A DNA stretch of 64,000 nt, from positions 54,415 to 118,414 of the forward strand of contig PBNR01000044.1 in NCBI GenBank assembly GCA_002723195.1, in the 5' to 3' direction. Position 1 is the first letter of the stretch, and each line of letters starts with the position of its first letter. A program made the translations under genes and the position numbers. The DNA is from Gammaproteobacteria bacterium (lineage in GTDB: Bacteria > Pseudomonadota > Gammaproteobacteria > Pseudomonadales > Pseudohongiellaceae). The notes under the pieces are model-generated. The model did no database searches, was not told where the DNA came from, and saw only the letters and a list, made by a program, of their open reading frames with translations. Positions 36,683-46,751 of this stretch are shown piece by piece.

Positions 36683-37042
36683 TCAAAGGGATAGGAAAAA
36701 ATTCAGAGAAAAATAGAGAATCAGACATATTAGTCCCATATATAAGAGAAAATGAACTGGATTCTCCAAAAAAATATGCCACATGTTTTTTGTTTCACCC
36801 CGTTTTTTGTTAAGTTCAAACTCATCTTGGATTCTAGCGGTTCTGTGTTTTTGGTAATCATCAATTAGTTCCCGAGCTCGGTTATATTGATCGTCGTTTA
36901 CTATCCAAATCGCGGGAACTGAAATACCCCAGTTGCCAGCCGAGGTTTCAAAAAACTCGAGGTCGTTATTTTCCAACAAATCCCGCACTTCCTGTGCTTC
37001 ATCTTCAGGAACATATCGCATTTTAAATAAAAGTCTAGACAT
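36683..37042 (-). CDS. Small conserved hypothetical protein with a C-terminal membrane anchor (DUF6164-like, from memory)
   Basis: This 119-aa protein has a soluble N-terminal part, MRYVPEDEAQEVRDLLENNDLEFFETSAGNWG. Its C-terminus is hydrophobic: FLLYMGLICLILYFSLNFF. Confidence 0.45.
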   Translation of the reverse strand: MSRLLFKMRYVPEDEAQEVRDLLENNDLEFFETSAGNWGISVPAIWIVNDDQYNRARELIDDYQKHRTARIQDEFELNKKRGETKNMWHIFLENPVHFLLYMGLICLILYFSLNFFLSL

Positions 37043-37134
37043 AATTAGCTCTATCTTTGATTTGCTTTTAATAAGTACTTAAGCATACTAAGTCAAATCT
37101 GACTTTGTAATAAAAACCTAAGCAGGGCGAAACC

Positions 37135-38010
37135 ATGAGATACATTATTAATATAGGAAAGGTGAGTTTTGTATTCATGTCTCTAGCGCTTGGCACCGCA
37201 ATCTTTGCTGATTCAGCTGTCTGGCAGATTGCCTCTGGATCAAGCAAAGTTTATCTAGGTGGTACGGTGCACTTACTAAGGCCGAGTGATTACCCTTTAC
37301 CGCGGGAGTTTGAGCTAGCTTATCAAGCTTCGAGTGAAATATATTTCGAAACTGATTTAAGTGCTATAGCCGACATCTCGGTACAAACACAAATGTTAAA
37401 CCAGCTCACTTATCAAGATGAACGAACCCTACAAACAGTTTTATCTGCTGAGGCTTACTATACGTTAGCAAATTACGTTACCGATATAGGTATGCAAATG
37501 ACGATGATAGAGAGGTTCAAGCCAGGTATGGTTATTAGTACTTTACAGGTGTTGGAGTTTGAACGCCTTGGCTTCACACTGCAAGGTGTGGATACTTATT
37601 TTGCGAGCCTTGCTAGTCGACATGGGAAACCTATTGGTCAGCTTGAAACGGTCATGGAACAAATTGGGTTTCTTTCTTCGATGGGCGAAGGCAATGAAAG
37701 CGAATTTATACTATTTTCATTAGAAGACCTAGAAGGGGTCCCTAGCGTAATCGAAAATATGATTACAGCTTGGCGAGAAGGAAATAATGATCGCCTAGCT
37801 GAACTTTTTGTAAATGAAATGCAGACTGAAGCGCCCGCGTTATACGATGCTTTGCTAAAACAACGCAATCTGAATTGGATTCCTAAGATAGAGCAAATGC
37901 TAGAGGACAGTGAAACGGAATTTGTCCTGGTCGGTGCAGCTCATCTGGTAGGTCGTGACGGTCTTTTGGAGTTGCTTTCCGCGAAAGGTTATTTAGTTCG
38001 CCAGATTTAA
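37135..38010 (+). CDS. TraB/GumN family protein (secreted)
   Basis: It has a signal peptide. GGTVHLLRPSDYPLP and FVLVGAAHLVGRDGLLELL are typical of the TraB/GumN family. Confidence 0.8.
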   Translation: MRYIINIGKVSFVFMSLALGTAIFADSAVWQIASGSSKVYLGGTVHLLRPSDYPLPREFELAYQASSEIYFETDLSAIADISVQTQMLNQLTYQDERTLQTVLSAEAYYTLANYVTDIGMQMTMIERFKPGMVISTLQVLEFERLGFTLQGVDTYFASLASRHGKPIGQLETVMEQIGFLSSMGEGNESEFILFSLEDLEGVPSVIENMITAWREGNNDRLAELFVNEMQTEAPALYDALLKQRNLNWIPKIEQMLEDSETEFVLVGAAHLVGRDGLLELLSAKGYLVRQI

Positions 38011-38082
38011 GCGCCGATCCTCAACTCATCTCACCTAAAAATTGAGACCAATACCTATCTCTTTAGTTTTTAAAATTAGTTA

Positions 38083-38274
38083 CTAGCTGGTTTTATGGCT
38101 TAATACGATCTGTCTAGGGCCGCTTGTAGAGGTTTGACCACTCACGCCTGAAGGAATTTGTTGCACTTTACCACCGGCCTTTAAAAAAGCTTCTATTTGC
38201 TCTGCCAAGTTTTCGTGGTTACTGTCTACTGCGTCTTTTTTTGTTTTATTATTAGGCATAAATCTACTACTCAT
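38083..38274 (-). CDS. Small hypothetical protein; its C-terminal motif resembles SutA-type RNA-polymerase-binding proteins (tentative)
   Basis: In this 63-aa protein, IEAFLKAGGKVQQIPSGVSG resembles the FL..GGKVQ.I segment I recall from Pseudomonas SutA. It stands isolated between two intergenic regions. Confidence 0.35.
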   Translation of the reverse strand: MSSRFMPNNKTKKDAVDSNHENLAEQIEAFLKAGGKVQQIPSGVSGQTSTSGPRQIVLSHKTS

Positions 38275-38558
38275 TACGGCAAGGGGGCCTGAGTATACAT
38301 CAATAGGTTACTTTCGGCCAATTGGGCTTACATTTGGGAATATCGCCCCAAGCAATTAATTAAACTAGCAGTCATTGGCAATGCTAGAGCATGCGGCCTT
38401 GGCGTCACAATAGCTTATGCCCCATACCTCATACTGAAATATGGCAATATTCCACTTCCAAAGAGCCCACACAAAAAGAAGAAGCTCGTTTAAATGGTGA
38501 GTTTTAGAAACAATTTGAATAAAATCTCTATATAGCTAGCTCAATGAACTTTTAAGAT

Positions 38559-39110
38559 ATGGATGAATTAGACAATCCACACGACCCAACTGAAACTAAA
38601 TCTATAGAACACTGTGTTTCGAATAATAAAGTCGTTGCTTTTAACTATAGGCTATGCGAAGTGTTACCTGATGGTGAGTTCTCTGAATGGATGGAACATA
38701 CGAAAGAGGGCGAGCCACTTTATTATTTACATGGATTTCAGAATGTTGTTGTAGGCTTGGAACAAGCTTTAACAGGAAAGAAAAAAGGTGAAAAAATTGA
38801 AATTACGTTGAAGCCTGAGGAGGCATACGGGCAACGTAATCCAAATGCTATACAGCGAGTTCCGTTAAAGCACCTGCAACTTCCTAATGGTATAAAAGTG
38901 CCTAGGGTTGGTGGATTGGCTAGAGTTAGATCGGATCAAGGGTGGCACAATGTAATAATATTAAAGTCTGGGAAATTTCATGCAGACGTTGATTTTAATC
39001 ATCCGCTTGCAGGGAGGACTTTACATTATGAGATTGAAGTTGTGTCAATAAGAGATGCAAGCAAAGAAGAGATTGCACAGGGACATGCTATTGTCCCAGT
39101 CAATTATTAA
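38559..39110 (+). CDS. slyD: FKBP-type peptidyl-prolyl cis-trans isomerase, SlyD-like (no His-rich tail)
   Basis: PLYYLHGFQNVVVGLEQALTGKKKGEKIEI, AYGQRNPNAIQRVP, DFNHPLAGRTLHYEIEVVSIRDASKEEIAQGH are collinear with E. coli SlyD (LDYLHGHGSLISGLETAL..., AYGQYDENLVQRVP, DGNHMLAGQNLKFNVEVVAIREATEEELAHGH). Confidence 0.85.
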   Translation: MDELDNPHDPTETKSIEHCVSNNKVVAFNYRLCEVLPDGEFSEWMEHTKEGEPLYYLHGFQNVVVGLEQALTGKKKGEKIEITLKPEEAYGQRNPNAIQRVPLKHLQLPNGIKVPRVGGLARVRSDQGWHNVIILKSGKFHADVDFNHPLAGRTLHYEIEVVSIRDASKEEIAQGHAIVPVNY

Positions 39111-39515
39111 TAGTTTTATATCGCCTTTTGGTGCAGTTTCAGGCGCGTTATCAGCAAAGATATGGGAAGAATTAAAACGGTATGCAAAATAGCATTAATT
39201 TCTCTTCCATCGTTTGAATAATTCGTGTGAAGTACGAGCTTCAGGCGCGATGAGTTGGCTTTAAAGGGGTAGACAAAACTAGTTTCATCAAAATCAAGCG
39301 CTTAAAGAGTGAGTAATGCCTAAGGGAGCCGGCGCAGGGGCCCCAAACGATGTCTTTTGGTAAGGAGTAAAGGGTAATAAAGGGAATAGATTCGTAGATC
39401 TGATAACTCGCGATGGGAAGATTCAGGGTTGTTGTGGTAAGGTTTATCCCTGCGATGAAAATAAACGTATGCCCGAAAATTCTATGAAATTCGGTCTTAA
39501 TGAGAGAGTAAAACA

Positions 39516-40682
39516 ATGAATCCGGAAGATACAGGTAGGCGCAAGGTCCTTAAAGGCGCTCTTAGTTCAGGTGTCCTCGCTGCAGGTGCAGTGACAGCGC
39601 CAAGTTTATTATTTCCAGCTCTAGCACAAGGTGAAAGGTTGATTCCTTTTACTGATGATGCCTCAGAGGCTTTTCAGTGGCGACCGATTGAACCTAATAC
39701 CACTCATTGGCAAGACACGAGGGAAATTACTTCCTTTTTCACCTCTAACGAAGATTTCTATTTGGTTCAGCATTATGGCCAGCCAGAAGTAGATAATGAT
39801 TCCTATCGTTTGAAAGTTACCGGTATGGTAGACAATGAATTGAATTTATCACTGAGCGACCTGGTGAACGGTGACGTTATAGAACAACAAATTGGATTCG
39901 AGTGTGGCGGGAACAGCCAGCGCCTTCTGTATGGTCTTATCGGCAATGCAAATTGGCGAGGGGTTACTTTAACTAGCATATTAGAGCAAGCTGGAATTCA
40001 GGACGGTGCCAAAGAAATTGTCTTTTTTGCCGCTGATGTCAGCCAGGAAGAAATTCGCGGCAGGGAAGTCGATAAAGCTTTTGCTCGCAGTCTTTCTGTC
40101 GAAGATGCTATGAGGGCAGAGAACATGCTTGCCTTTGAAATGAACGGAGAGTCTTTACCACACTACCATGGCAAACCTGTTCGGCTGTTAGTGCCTGGTT
40201 GGTATGGCGTGGCAAACGTAAAATGGCTGACACAGATTCATGTACAAGATACTCGCTACATGGGTAAATTTATGGGTCGCGATTACGTCACTCTAAAAAA
40301 AGCAAATGTTGGTGGTGTCGAACGCTGGGTTGAGAATTCCGTAACCAAAATGAATCTAAAATCAGCTATTGTAAGAGTAGTTGAAAGTAATGGTCGATTT
40401 TCAGTGCAGGGTTTCGTTCTAAATGATGGAACTCCGCTAGAGAGAGTAGAAGTAAAAATTGATGATGGTCCTTGGGAAACGGCTCAATTAAATCCACGTA
40501 ATACTAAATATTCATGGAAGCTGTGGGGTTACGATTGGGATAATCCAAGTCCTGGCGAACACACTTTAGTGTCACGCGTAATAGACGTAAACGGTAACAT
40601 ACAACCGACAGCGGCAGAACTTCCAGAGAAAGTTAGTTTCTGGGAGGACTTTGGACAGTTCCCTCGCCAAGTTATCGTCTAA
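39516..40682 (+). CDS. Periplasmic sulfite-oxidase-family molybdopterin oxidoreductase (SorA-like) with a Tat signal
   Basis: The twin-arginine motif is TGRRKVLKGAL. The Mo-ligand Cys region is GFECGGNSQR (family CAGNRR). The C-terminal part is a dimerisation-type domain. Confidence 0.85.
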   Translation: MNPEDTGRRKVLKGALSSGVLAAGAVTAPSLLFPALAQGERLIPFTDDASEAFQWRPIEPNTTHWQDTREITSFFTSNEDFYLVQHYGQPEVDNDSYRLKVTGMVDNELNLSLSDLVNGDVIEQQIGFECGGNSQRLLYGLIGNANWRGVTLTSILEQAGIQDGAKEIVFFAADVSQEEIRGREVDKAFARSLSVEDAMRAENMLAFEMNGESLPHYHGKPVRLLVPGWYGVANVKWLTQIHVQDTRYMGKFMGRDYVTLKKANVGGVERWVENSVTKMNLKSAIVRVVESNGRFSVQGFVLNDGTPLERVEVKIDDGPWETAQLNPRNTKYSWKLWGYDWDNPSPGEHTLVSRVIDVNGNIQPTAAELPEKVSFWEDFGQFPRQVIV

Positions 40683-40999
40683 GACATTCCCTGGATCTAA
40701 GGGACTAACCCGATTGCATATACTTATAGCAATTTACTTAGTCCTTTAGCGCTCTGGTGACGTAACTTTAGTCTCCGTGCAATCAGGTTCGCTAAAGGCA
40801 TTTTTACTAACACGCCAATGGTTTGATTCCAGTTCAGGCCTTGAACTTGTGTTCTGGTTCGCATCCGAAAGCGGACCGCTTCGATTGCATTTAAAGAAAC
40901 AGTTATCACCTATAGCTGATTCTATACTAGGCTTTAGATCTTCCTCTATGGATGCCATCCTTAATTAACAGATAGATCTATTCTAACTTGAGGTAAATC

Positions 41000-41512
41000 A
41001 TGACCGCTTATTTAGTACTAACTGCGATTGGCGAGGACCAACCAGGCTTGGTGGAAGCACTTGCAGAAGTGATTGCAGATAATTCTGGTAATTGGCTCGA
41101 AAGTAGCATGTCACAATTAGCCGGTAAATTTGCTGGTATTCTCCGTGTGAGCGTTGCTGACGATGAAGTAGACAATCTTGTTACCGCACTAAAGGGCGTT
41201 TCAGATAGGCTGAAGTTGGTAATTGAACGAGTAGACATTGATATAAAAAGGGAGGTATCGCGCACGGTTGAGCTCAATTTGATTGGTAATGACCGGCCGG
41301 GTATCGTTCGCGAGATTTCTCATGCACTGACGAGTTTTTCGGTAAATGTAGAGAAACTTACGACCGAATGTGCGCCAGCGCCAATGTCCAGCGATGTATT
41401 ATTTAAGGCAACAGCTATTTTGACTGTACCCAAGGAATTAGAATTAGAGTTTCTAAAACATAATCTTGAACGACTAGCCGATGATATAATTGTAGAGGTA
41501 AGGCTAAACTAA
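41000..41512 (+). CDS. gcvR: GcvR-like tandem ACT-domain regulatory protein
   Basis: YLVLTAIGEDQPGLVEALAEVIADNSGNW matches E. coli GcvR YLVITALGADRPGIVNTITRHVSSCGCN. A second ACT repeat is LNLIGNDRPGIVREISHAL. Confidence 0.7.
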   Translation: MTAYLVLTAIGEDQPGLVEALAEVIADNSGNWLESSMSQLAGKFAGILRVSVADDEVDNLVTALKGVSDRLKLVIERVDIDIKREVSRTVELNLIGNDRPGIVREISHALTSFSVNVEKLTTECAPAPMSSDVLFKATAILTVPKELELEFLKHNLERLADDIIVEVRLN

Positions 41513-42783
41513 TTAGACTCGGAAAGAGAGATTTTAACTTGCTGCAGGTAGTCGACCATATTAGCGACTAAATTAATGCATTCGACTATTTCAAATTCTT
41601 TTTCTGAGTTGACCGTCAATTCTTCTGGAATTCCAAGCGTGCTATATAGTAGAGCGAGACACCTCTTACTAGAATCAAAATTCTGAAAGAAAAATTCTTC
41701 GAAATCTTGGGATAGGTGAGCAAATATTGTGGCCAGTCTTTCGCCATCACTGTCGGTTAATTCGAGTAGTAGTTGTTCCACGCTGCTTAGTTGGGCAGAT
41801 ACTGCACTTGGGGAAGAGTGGCTATAAGCCGCTTGAATACTGTCTTCGTAATTACCATTCAATAACGGATAGAGTGTTTTCAACAATATTTCTTCATTTA
41901 ACATATTATTTATCGAGTCTATTAATAGAATGACGAGTTCAGTACTTCTTATATCATTCAATCTTAGTTTTAAACTCTCACTGCCTTCGGACCTGATGAC
42001 TTGACTACTGGAAAATTTGGTATTAAGTGATCGCACAGTAAGAGAGAGTATTTGCCGCCTTCGGTTACTGCTCAATTGTTCTAGGCTAATACCGTTTTCT
42101 ATATTATCGGCATTGAGCTTGTGAACTAGCACATAGTCGGATGGTGGGCGCTCTGATCTTCGATCTTTGTTCTCACCCCAGATTAAGAATTCTAGTACAT
42201 GAAATCCCAACGTGGCTTCGGATATATCGAATGCTCCGTGTTGCTCCTCTAGGGAAGCAATATCTAAGGTGACATTGATGTCGTTAACGATCCCACTGTT
42301 ATTATAGCCTCGAACATAGTCCATATAACCTGGCAGAATAGGCCAGTGGTCCATTTGATAATGAAGTTGGTGTAGTATGAGGGATTCGGGCTCCGGTAGA
42401 ATCAAATCGAAAAAGTACCGATGCAAGCTTGTTAGCTCATAACTAGAATGGGCGCTTAACCAGCTGTCACGCATTCTATCCATGGCAATGGATTGTGGCT
42501 CTTCGAGAAAAGCTTCTACTTGCTCTCGGAATTCAACTAGCCCTACCGATAAATTATCATAATCAATTTTGATCTGGTTCAAATAGGCCAACATGATATT
42601 GCGAACGGCTGAATCAAAGGAATTGTCTAGAGCAGGAGTTAAATTATCTATAATAGAATTATTCTGCGAGTTAGTTTCAGTTTGCGGCTGCTCATCATTA
42701 CCGCAGTTTGCTAGCAGAATCGCTAACGAGATAAGCAAAATCTTCAGCATCTTCAATTCCGAAATAGACAAGCTAATATTCAC
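41509..42783 (-). CDS. Imelysin (peptidase M75-like) family periplasmic protein
   Basis: It has a signal peptide with Cys (LAILLANCG). The conserved GFHVLEFLIWGEN (HxxE...WG) motif is typical of imelysin/IrpA-like proteins. Confidence 0.65.
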   Translation of the reverse strand: MNISLSISELKMLKILLISLAILLANCGNDEQPQTETNSQNNSIIDNLTPALDNSFDSAVRNIMLAYLNQIKIDYDNLSVGLVEFREQVEAFLEEPQSIAMDRMRDSWLSAHSSYELTSLHRYFFDLILPEPESLILHQLHYQMDHWPILPGYMDYVRGYNNSGIVNDINVTLDIASLEEQHGAFDISEATLGFHVLEFLIWGENKDRRSERPPSDYVLVHKLNADNIENGISLEQLSSNRRRQILSLTVRSLNTKFSSSQVIRSEGSESLKLRLNDIRSTELVILLIDSINNMLNEEILLKTLYPLLNGNYEDSIQAAYSHSSPSAVSAQLSSVEQLLLELTDSDGERLATIFAHLSQDFEEFFFQNFDSSKRCLALLYSTLGIPEELTVNSEKEFEIVECINLVANMVDYLQQVKISLSESN

Positions 42784-43460
42784 CCATGTAAGTTTTGTAT
42801 TTTCCAGCCGTTTTCTGTTGAAATTTTTAACAGTTGCGGGTCGGGATTGACAGCTATTGGAGTGGAAACCTGCTCCAGAAGGGGTAGATCATTGATGGAA
42901 TCAGTGTAGAAAACACAATTATCAAGAGAAAGTCCGGTGGTGTTATCAGAAAGCCACCTTTTAAGCTTTAGGACTTTACCTTCTTGATAACAAGGTACGC
43001 CAACGATACGGCCAGAAAGCTTGTTATCAATTATTTCAATATCTGTTGCCAAAAGCTGATCTACTTTAAATAGCTTTGCAATTGGCGCGGTTATGAAAGT
43101 ATTCGTTGCTGTGATAATCAACGTGTAATCGCCATTTTTTTGATGTTTAGCTACTAACTCGAATGCTTTATCGGTTAGTAAAGGCTTTACGGCTTTCTGC
43201 ATAAACTCTTCATGCAGTAGTCTTCTTTTTTCCTCTGTGTAAGATAGGATGGGCCTAAGTGAAAACTTAACATAATCATGAATATCCAGCCGACCTTTCA
43301 GATAATCCTGATAAAACTGATTATTTTTTTCCCTATGGACTGTCTGATTGACCAAATTTTTTGAAATCAAAAACTCTCCCCAAGCATGATCGCTATCACC
43401 TGCGAGAAGTGTATTATCCAAATCAAATAGTGCTAGACGCTGCAGCATTCTTGAGTCCAA
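42780..43460 (-). CDS. HAD-IB family hydrolase (phosphoserine-phosphatase-like)
   Basis: The motif I sequence is LALFDLDNTLL. LIITATN and YTDSINDLPLL are also present. The stop overlaps the imelysin start by 4 nt. Confidence 0.85.
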   Translation of the reverse strand: MDSRMLQRLALFDLDNTLLAGDSDHAWGEFLISKNLVNQTVHREKNNQFYQDYLKGRLDIHDYVKFSLRPILSYTEEKRRLLHEEFMQKAVKPLLTDKAFELVAKHQKNGDYTLIITATNTFITAPIAKLFKVDQLLATDIEIIDNKLSGRIVGVPCYQEGKVLKLKRWLSDNTTGLSLDNCVFYTDSINDLPLLEQVSTPIAVNPDPQLLKISTENGWKIQNLHG

Positions 43461-43660
43461 AAACCACCATTATAGCTCGGGAGTAGGCCTATCTTGCAGA
43501 CCTCCACACCGTTATTTTTTTACCGTTAAGCGGGTCGGTATTCTGAGTAAGTCCTTGATTAAATGGAATAAATAAGTTAGGACACGATATTTTATTGTTG
43601 AAAAAATCGGAAACTTTATGAAACAATAAATGCATATATTTGTCATAAGGATTGATGAGT

Positions 43661-44152
43661 ATGATTGATTCAGAAGGCTATCGTCCAAATGTCGGAATGG
43701 TAATTTTCAACCAGCTCGGTGAATTACTTTGGGCAAAACGTATCGGCCAGTCCGGTTGGCAGTTTCCTCAGGGTGGTGTAAAAGAGTCCGAATCTTTGGA
43801 ACAAGCTCTATATCGAGAGTTGGTTGAAGAAGTGGGCTTGGAAGAGAAGGATGTGAGAATTATCCAGCAGACTTCAGAATGGCTGCACTATCGCCTGCCG
43901 AAAAATTATATTCGTTATCACAGAAATCCACTTTGCATTGGGCAAAAACAAAAATGGTTTCTACTTAGTTTGGAAAGCGATGAAAGTAAAGTCGCGTTGG
44001 GCAGAAATAGAACACCTGAGTTTGATGATTGGCGGTGGGTAAATTACTGGTACCCGGTTGAACAGGTAATTAAATTCAAGAGAGATGTATATTTCAGAGT
44101 GCTTACAGAGCTAGAAAACTCGCTAAATAACTACTTAAGGCAAAGACAATAA
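43661..44152 (+). CDS. rppH: RNA pyrophosphohydrolase (Nudix). Start set at ATG 43661; the track ORF starts at TTG 43652.
   Basis: [17 protein letters not shown]...SGWQFPQGG matches E. coli RppH MIDDDGYRPNVGIVICN...HSWQFPQGG. AAGGA lies 9 nt upstream of the 43661 ATG. Confidence 0.93.
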   Translation: MIDSEGYRPNVGMVIFNQLGELLWAKRIGQSGWQFPQGGVKESESLEQALYRELVEEVGLEEKDVRIIQQTSEWLHYRLPKNYIRYHRNPLCIGQKQKWFLLSLESDESKVALGRNRTPEFDDWRWVNYWYPVEQVIKFKRDVYFRVLTELENSLNNYLRQRQ

Positions 44153-44272
44153 TTTCTCTGCTTAACTGCCAGATATTTTTTAGCTTACGCTGTGCCGATA
44201 CTAATAAGCCCTTTCGGAAGAGAGATTTTTGTAATACGCCTCTATCATTTTTAGATAGTGCGAGGAACAGAT

Positions 44273-46546
44273 ATGCTCGATCAGTTGCGTGGCATCGTAC
44301 AAAGCGTTAATGCAGCAAAAGACCTTAAGTCTGCGTTAAACATAATTGTGCATCGTGTTCGCGAAACTTTGAAAACGCAGGTTTGCTCGGTTTACTTATT
44401 CGACACTGATGTTAATAGTAATGTACTGATGGCGTCTGACGGCCTTAAGAAAGAGGCGATAGGAAATGTTAGCCTCGATATGGGAGAAGGCTTGGTTGGG
44501 TTAGTGGCTATGCATGCTGAACCAATAAATCTTCAAGACGCGTCGAAGCATCCAAGCTATCACTATATTAAGGAAACTGGGGAAGAAATCTTCCATGCTT
44601 TTTTGGGAGTGCCAATCATACACCATCGTTCGGTTCTCGGCGTCTTAGTTGTTCAACACGAGGAACTTCGGGCATTTGGTGAAGGTGAAGAAGCCTTTCT
44701 GATTACACTTTCTGCTCAATTGGCTGGAGTCATTGCCCATGCTGAAGCGACGGGAGCAATTCAAGGTTTAAGTCCATCAGGCCATAGGGTCTCTGATACA
44801 GTATTTCCTGGCATTCCTGGTGCTTCTGGCGTGACAGTTGGGGAAGTGGCAGTGATATTCCCGCAGTCTGATCTTAGCCAAATTCCCGAAAGGCGAATCC
44901 AGGATATTGAAAGGGAAGTCGATTTCTTCAATTCTTGTTTGATCGCTGTACAAAAAGATATATATGAACTTAAAAAGCAGATTGCTGATCAAATCGCAGA
45001 AGAAGAGCGCCGACTATTTGATGTCTATATCAGTATGCTAGACGATGATGCCTTAGGAGGTGAAGTAGTTTTACGAATAAAAAAGGGCTATTGGGCGCAA
45101 GGCGCACTTGCTTATGTTGCGAAAGAACACATAAGAAAATTTGAAATGATGAGTGATGATTACTTACGAGAACGAGCTGTTGATATCAGGGATTTATGTA
45201 GCCGTGTACTTGTTTATTTGCAGCAAAAGGAACCAGTAATCGCAGATTATAACGAAGAAACAATTTTAGTTAGCGAAGAACTAACGCCTTCGATGCTCGC
45301 CGAGGTTCCAAAAGAGAAATTGAATGGCCTAATATCTGTCAAGGGTTCGGGAAGTTCACATGTTGCGATACTTGCCCGTGCTATGGGAATTCCCACTGTA
45401 ATGGGAGTGGTGGATCTACCATTGAGCCAACTTGATGGCAAAAAAGTTATTCTCGATGGCTATAAGGGCGAAGTAATTAGCAATCCCTCAGATCAGTTAT
45501 TAACTCGTTATAGGAATACTATTAAGGAACAAGATCAGTTAATCGCAGGGCTTGCAGATCTCAAAGATCTACCTTGTGTCACAGCTGATAACCATCGTAT
45601 TAATCTTTGGGTAAATACAGGTTTAATGTCTGATGTTATGCATTCTCTAGATCAGGGAGCAGAAGGTATCGGGTTATTTCGAACTGAAGTACCTTTCCTT
45701 TTGAGTGAGCGATTTCCTTCTGAACTAGAGCAGTCCGAAATTTACCGAGAACAATTGGAAGCTTTTTCTCCGAAATTAGTTACTATGAGGACTCTAGATA
45801 TCGGCGGTGATAAAGACTTGTCTTATTTTCCAATTGACGAAGAGAATCCATTTCTGGGTTGGCGCGGTATTCGAGTAACACTGGATCACCCAGAAATATT
45901 TATGGCGCAAGTGAGAGCAATGCTCCGAGCTAGTATTGGCTTGGAGAATTTGCAGATTATGTTACCAATGATCAGCAATGTAAACGAAGTTAACTCTGCC
46001 TTAAAGCTTATAAAAAGGGCCTTTCGTGAATTATTGCAAGAGCATCTCGATATTAAGTTCCCGGCAATTGGTGTAATGATTGAATTACCTGCAGCCGTGT
46101 ATCAAACACGAGCGCTAGCTAAAATGGTTGATTTCATATCAGTCGGTAGCAACGATTTAACTCAATATCTCCTCGCGGTAGATAGAAATAACCCGCGAGT
46201 GGCAAACCTTCACTCTGCATTTCACCCTTCTGTGCTGCGCGCCTTACATCACGTAGTAACTGAAGCGCGGAAGGAAAAAAAACTTGTTACTATCTGTGGG
46301 GAGATGGCGGGCGATCCTGGGGTTGCTGTGTTATTAGTGGCTATGGGCTTTGACATATTATCTATGAACGCCGCGTCCTTATTAAAAGTAAAATCGGTTA
46401 TTCGCAGTGTTAGTCTAGAAGTTGCTGAGGATCTATTGGAGCAAGTTATGCGGATGGAAGATGCACAAATGATTAGAGCGGCGGTTGACCTAACCCTATA
46501 TAACGCTGGTGTTGATAGATTGCTTCGTTCATCTAGAACCAATTAA
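44273..46546 (+). CDS. ptsP: Phosphoenolpyruvate-protein phosphotransferase PtsP (EI-Ntr) with an N-terminal GAF domain. Start set at ATG 44273.
   Basis: MLDQLRGIVQSV matches E. coli PtsP MLTRLREIVEKV. A GAF domain is followed by the EI domains (GSGSSHVAILARAMGIPTV, GSNDLTQYLLAVDR). The rppH-ptsP synteny is classical. Confidence 0.93.
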   Translation: MLDQLRGIVQSVNAAKDLKSALNIIVHRVRETLKTQVCSVYLFDTDVNSNVLMASDGLKKEAIGNVSLDMGEGLVGLVAMHAEPINLQDASKHPSYHYIKETGEEIFHAFLGVPIIHHRSVLGVLVVQHEELRAFGEGEEAFLITLSAQLAGVIAHAEATGAIQGLSPSGHRVSDTVFPGIPGASGVTVGEVAVIFPQSDLSQIPERRIQDIEREVDFFNSCLIAVQKDIYELKKQIADQIAEEERRLFDVYISMLDDDALGGEVVLRIKKGYWAQGALAYVAKEHIRKFEMMSDDYLRERAVDIRDLCSRVLVYLQQKEPVIADYNEETILVSEELTPSMLAEVPKEKLNGLISVKGSGSSHVAILARAMGIPTVMGVVDLPLSQLDGKKVILDGYKGEVISNPSDQLLTRYRNTIKEQDQLIAGLADLKDLPCVTADNHRINLWVNTGLMSDVMHSLDQGAEGIGLFRTEVPFLLSERFPSELEQSEIYREQLEAFSPKLVTMRTLDIGGDKDLSYFPIDEENPFLGWRGIRVTLDHPEIFMAQVRAMLRASIGLENLQIMLPMISNVNEVNSALKLIKRAFRELLQEHLDIKFPAIGVMIELPAAVYQTRALAKMVDFISVGSNDLTQYLLAVDRNNPRVANLHSAFHPSVLRALHHVVTEARKEKKLVTICGEMAGDPGVAVLLVAMGFDILSMNAASLLKVKSVIRSVSLEVAEDLLEQVMRMEDAQMIRAAVDLTLYNAGVDRLLRSSRTN

Positions 46547-46751
46547 GTTATTAGCTTTATAAATCACATGTAGCCATCTGTTTTTCCAAGCACGTTTAGT
46601 TCGCACAAAATCTTATTAGCTTCTGTCTTGCTAGTTAAATTCATTAACGCTTCATGGCTGGTATTGAATATCTTACCTATACTTTCAAGTATTCTCCCAC
46701 AGGTGTAAGCTAGTGTTTGCGATTGGGCCTTATGCTTTCAAAGTTATAGCT

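Noticed and set aside
39241-39516. ORF 39241-39516 (-) as a gene, and a Moco riboswitch in the same leader
   Set aside because: The translation is hydrophobic and low in complexity with no recognisable family. It ends exactly at the start of the sulfite-oxidase-like gene. I could not find the conserved Moco-motif elements from memory, so no riboswitch is claimed and only a search is suggested.
40724-40968. Three overlapping 61-70 aa ORFs on both strands between the molybdoenzyme gene and gcvR
   Set aside because: They overlap each other in antisense, and have no SD/start context or recognisable motifs. They are most likely non-coding spacer.
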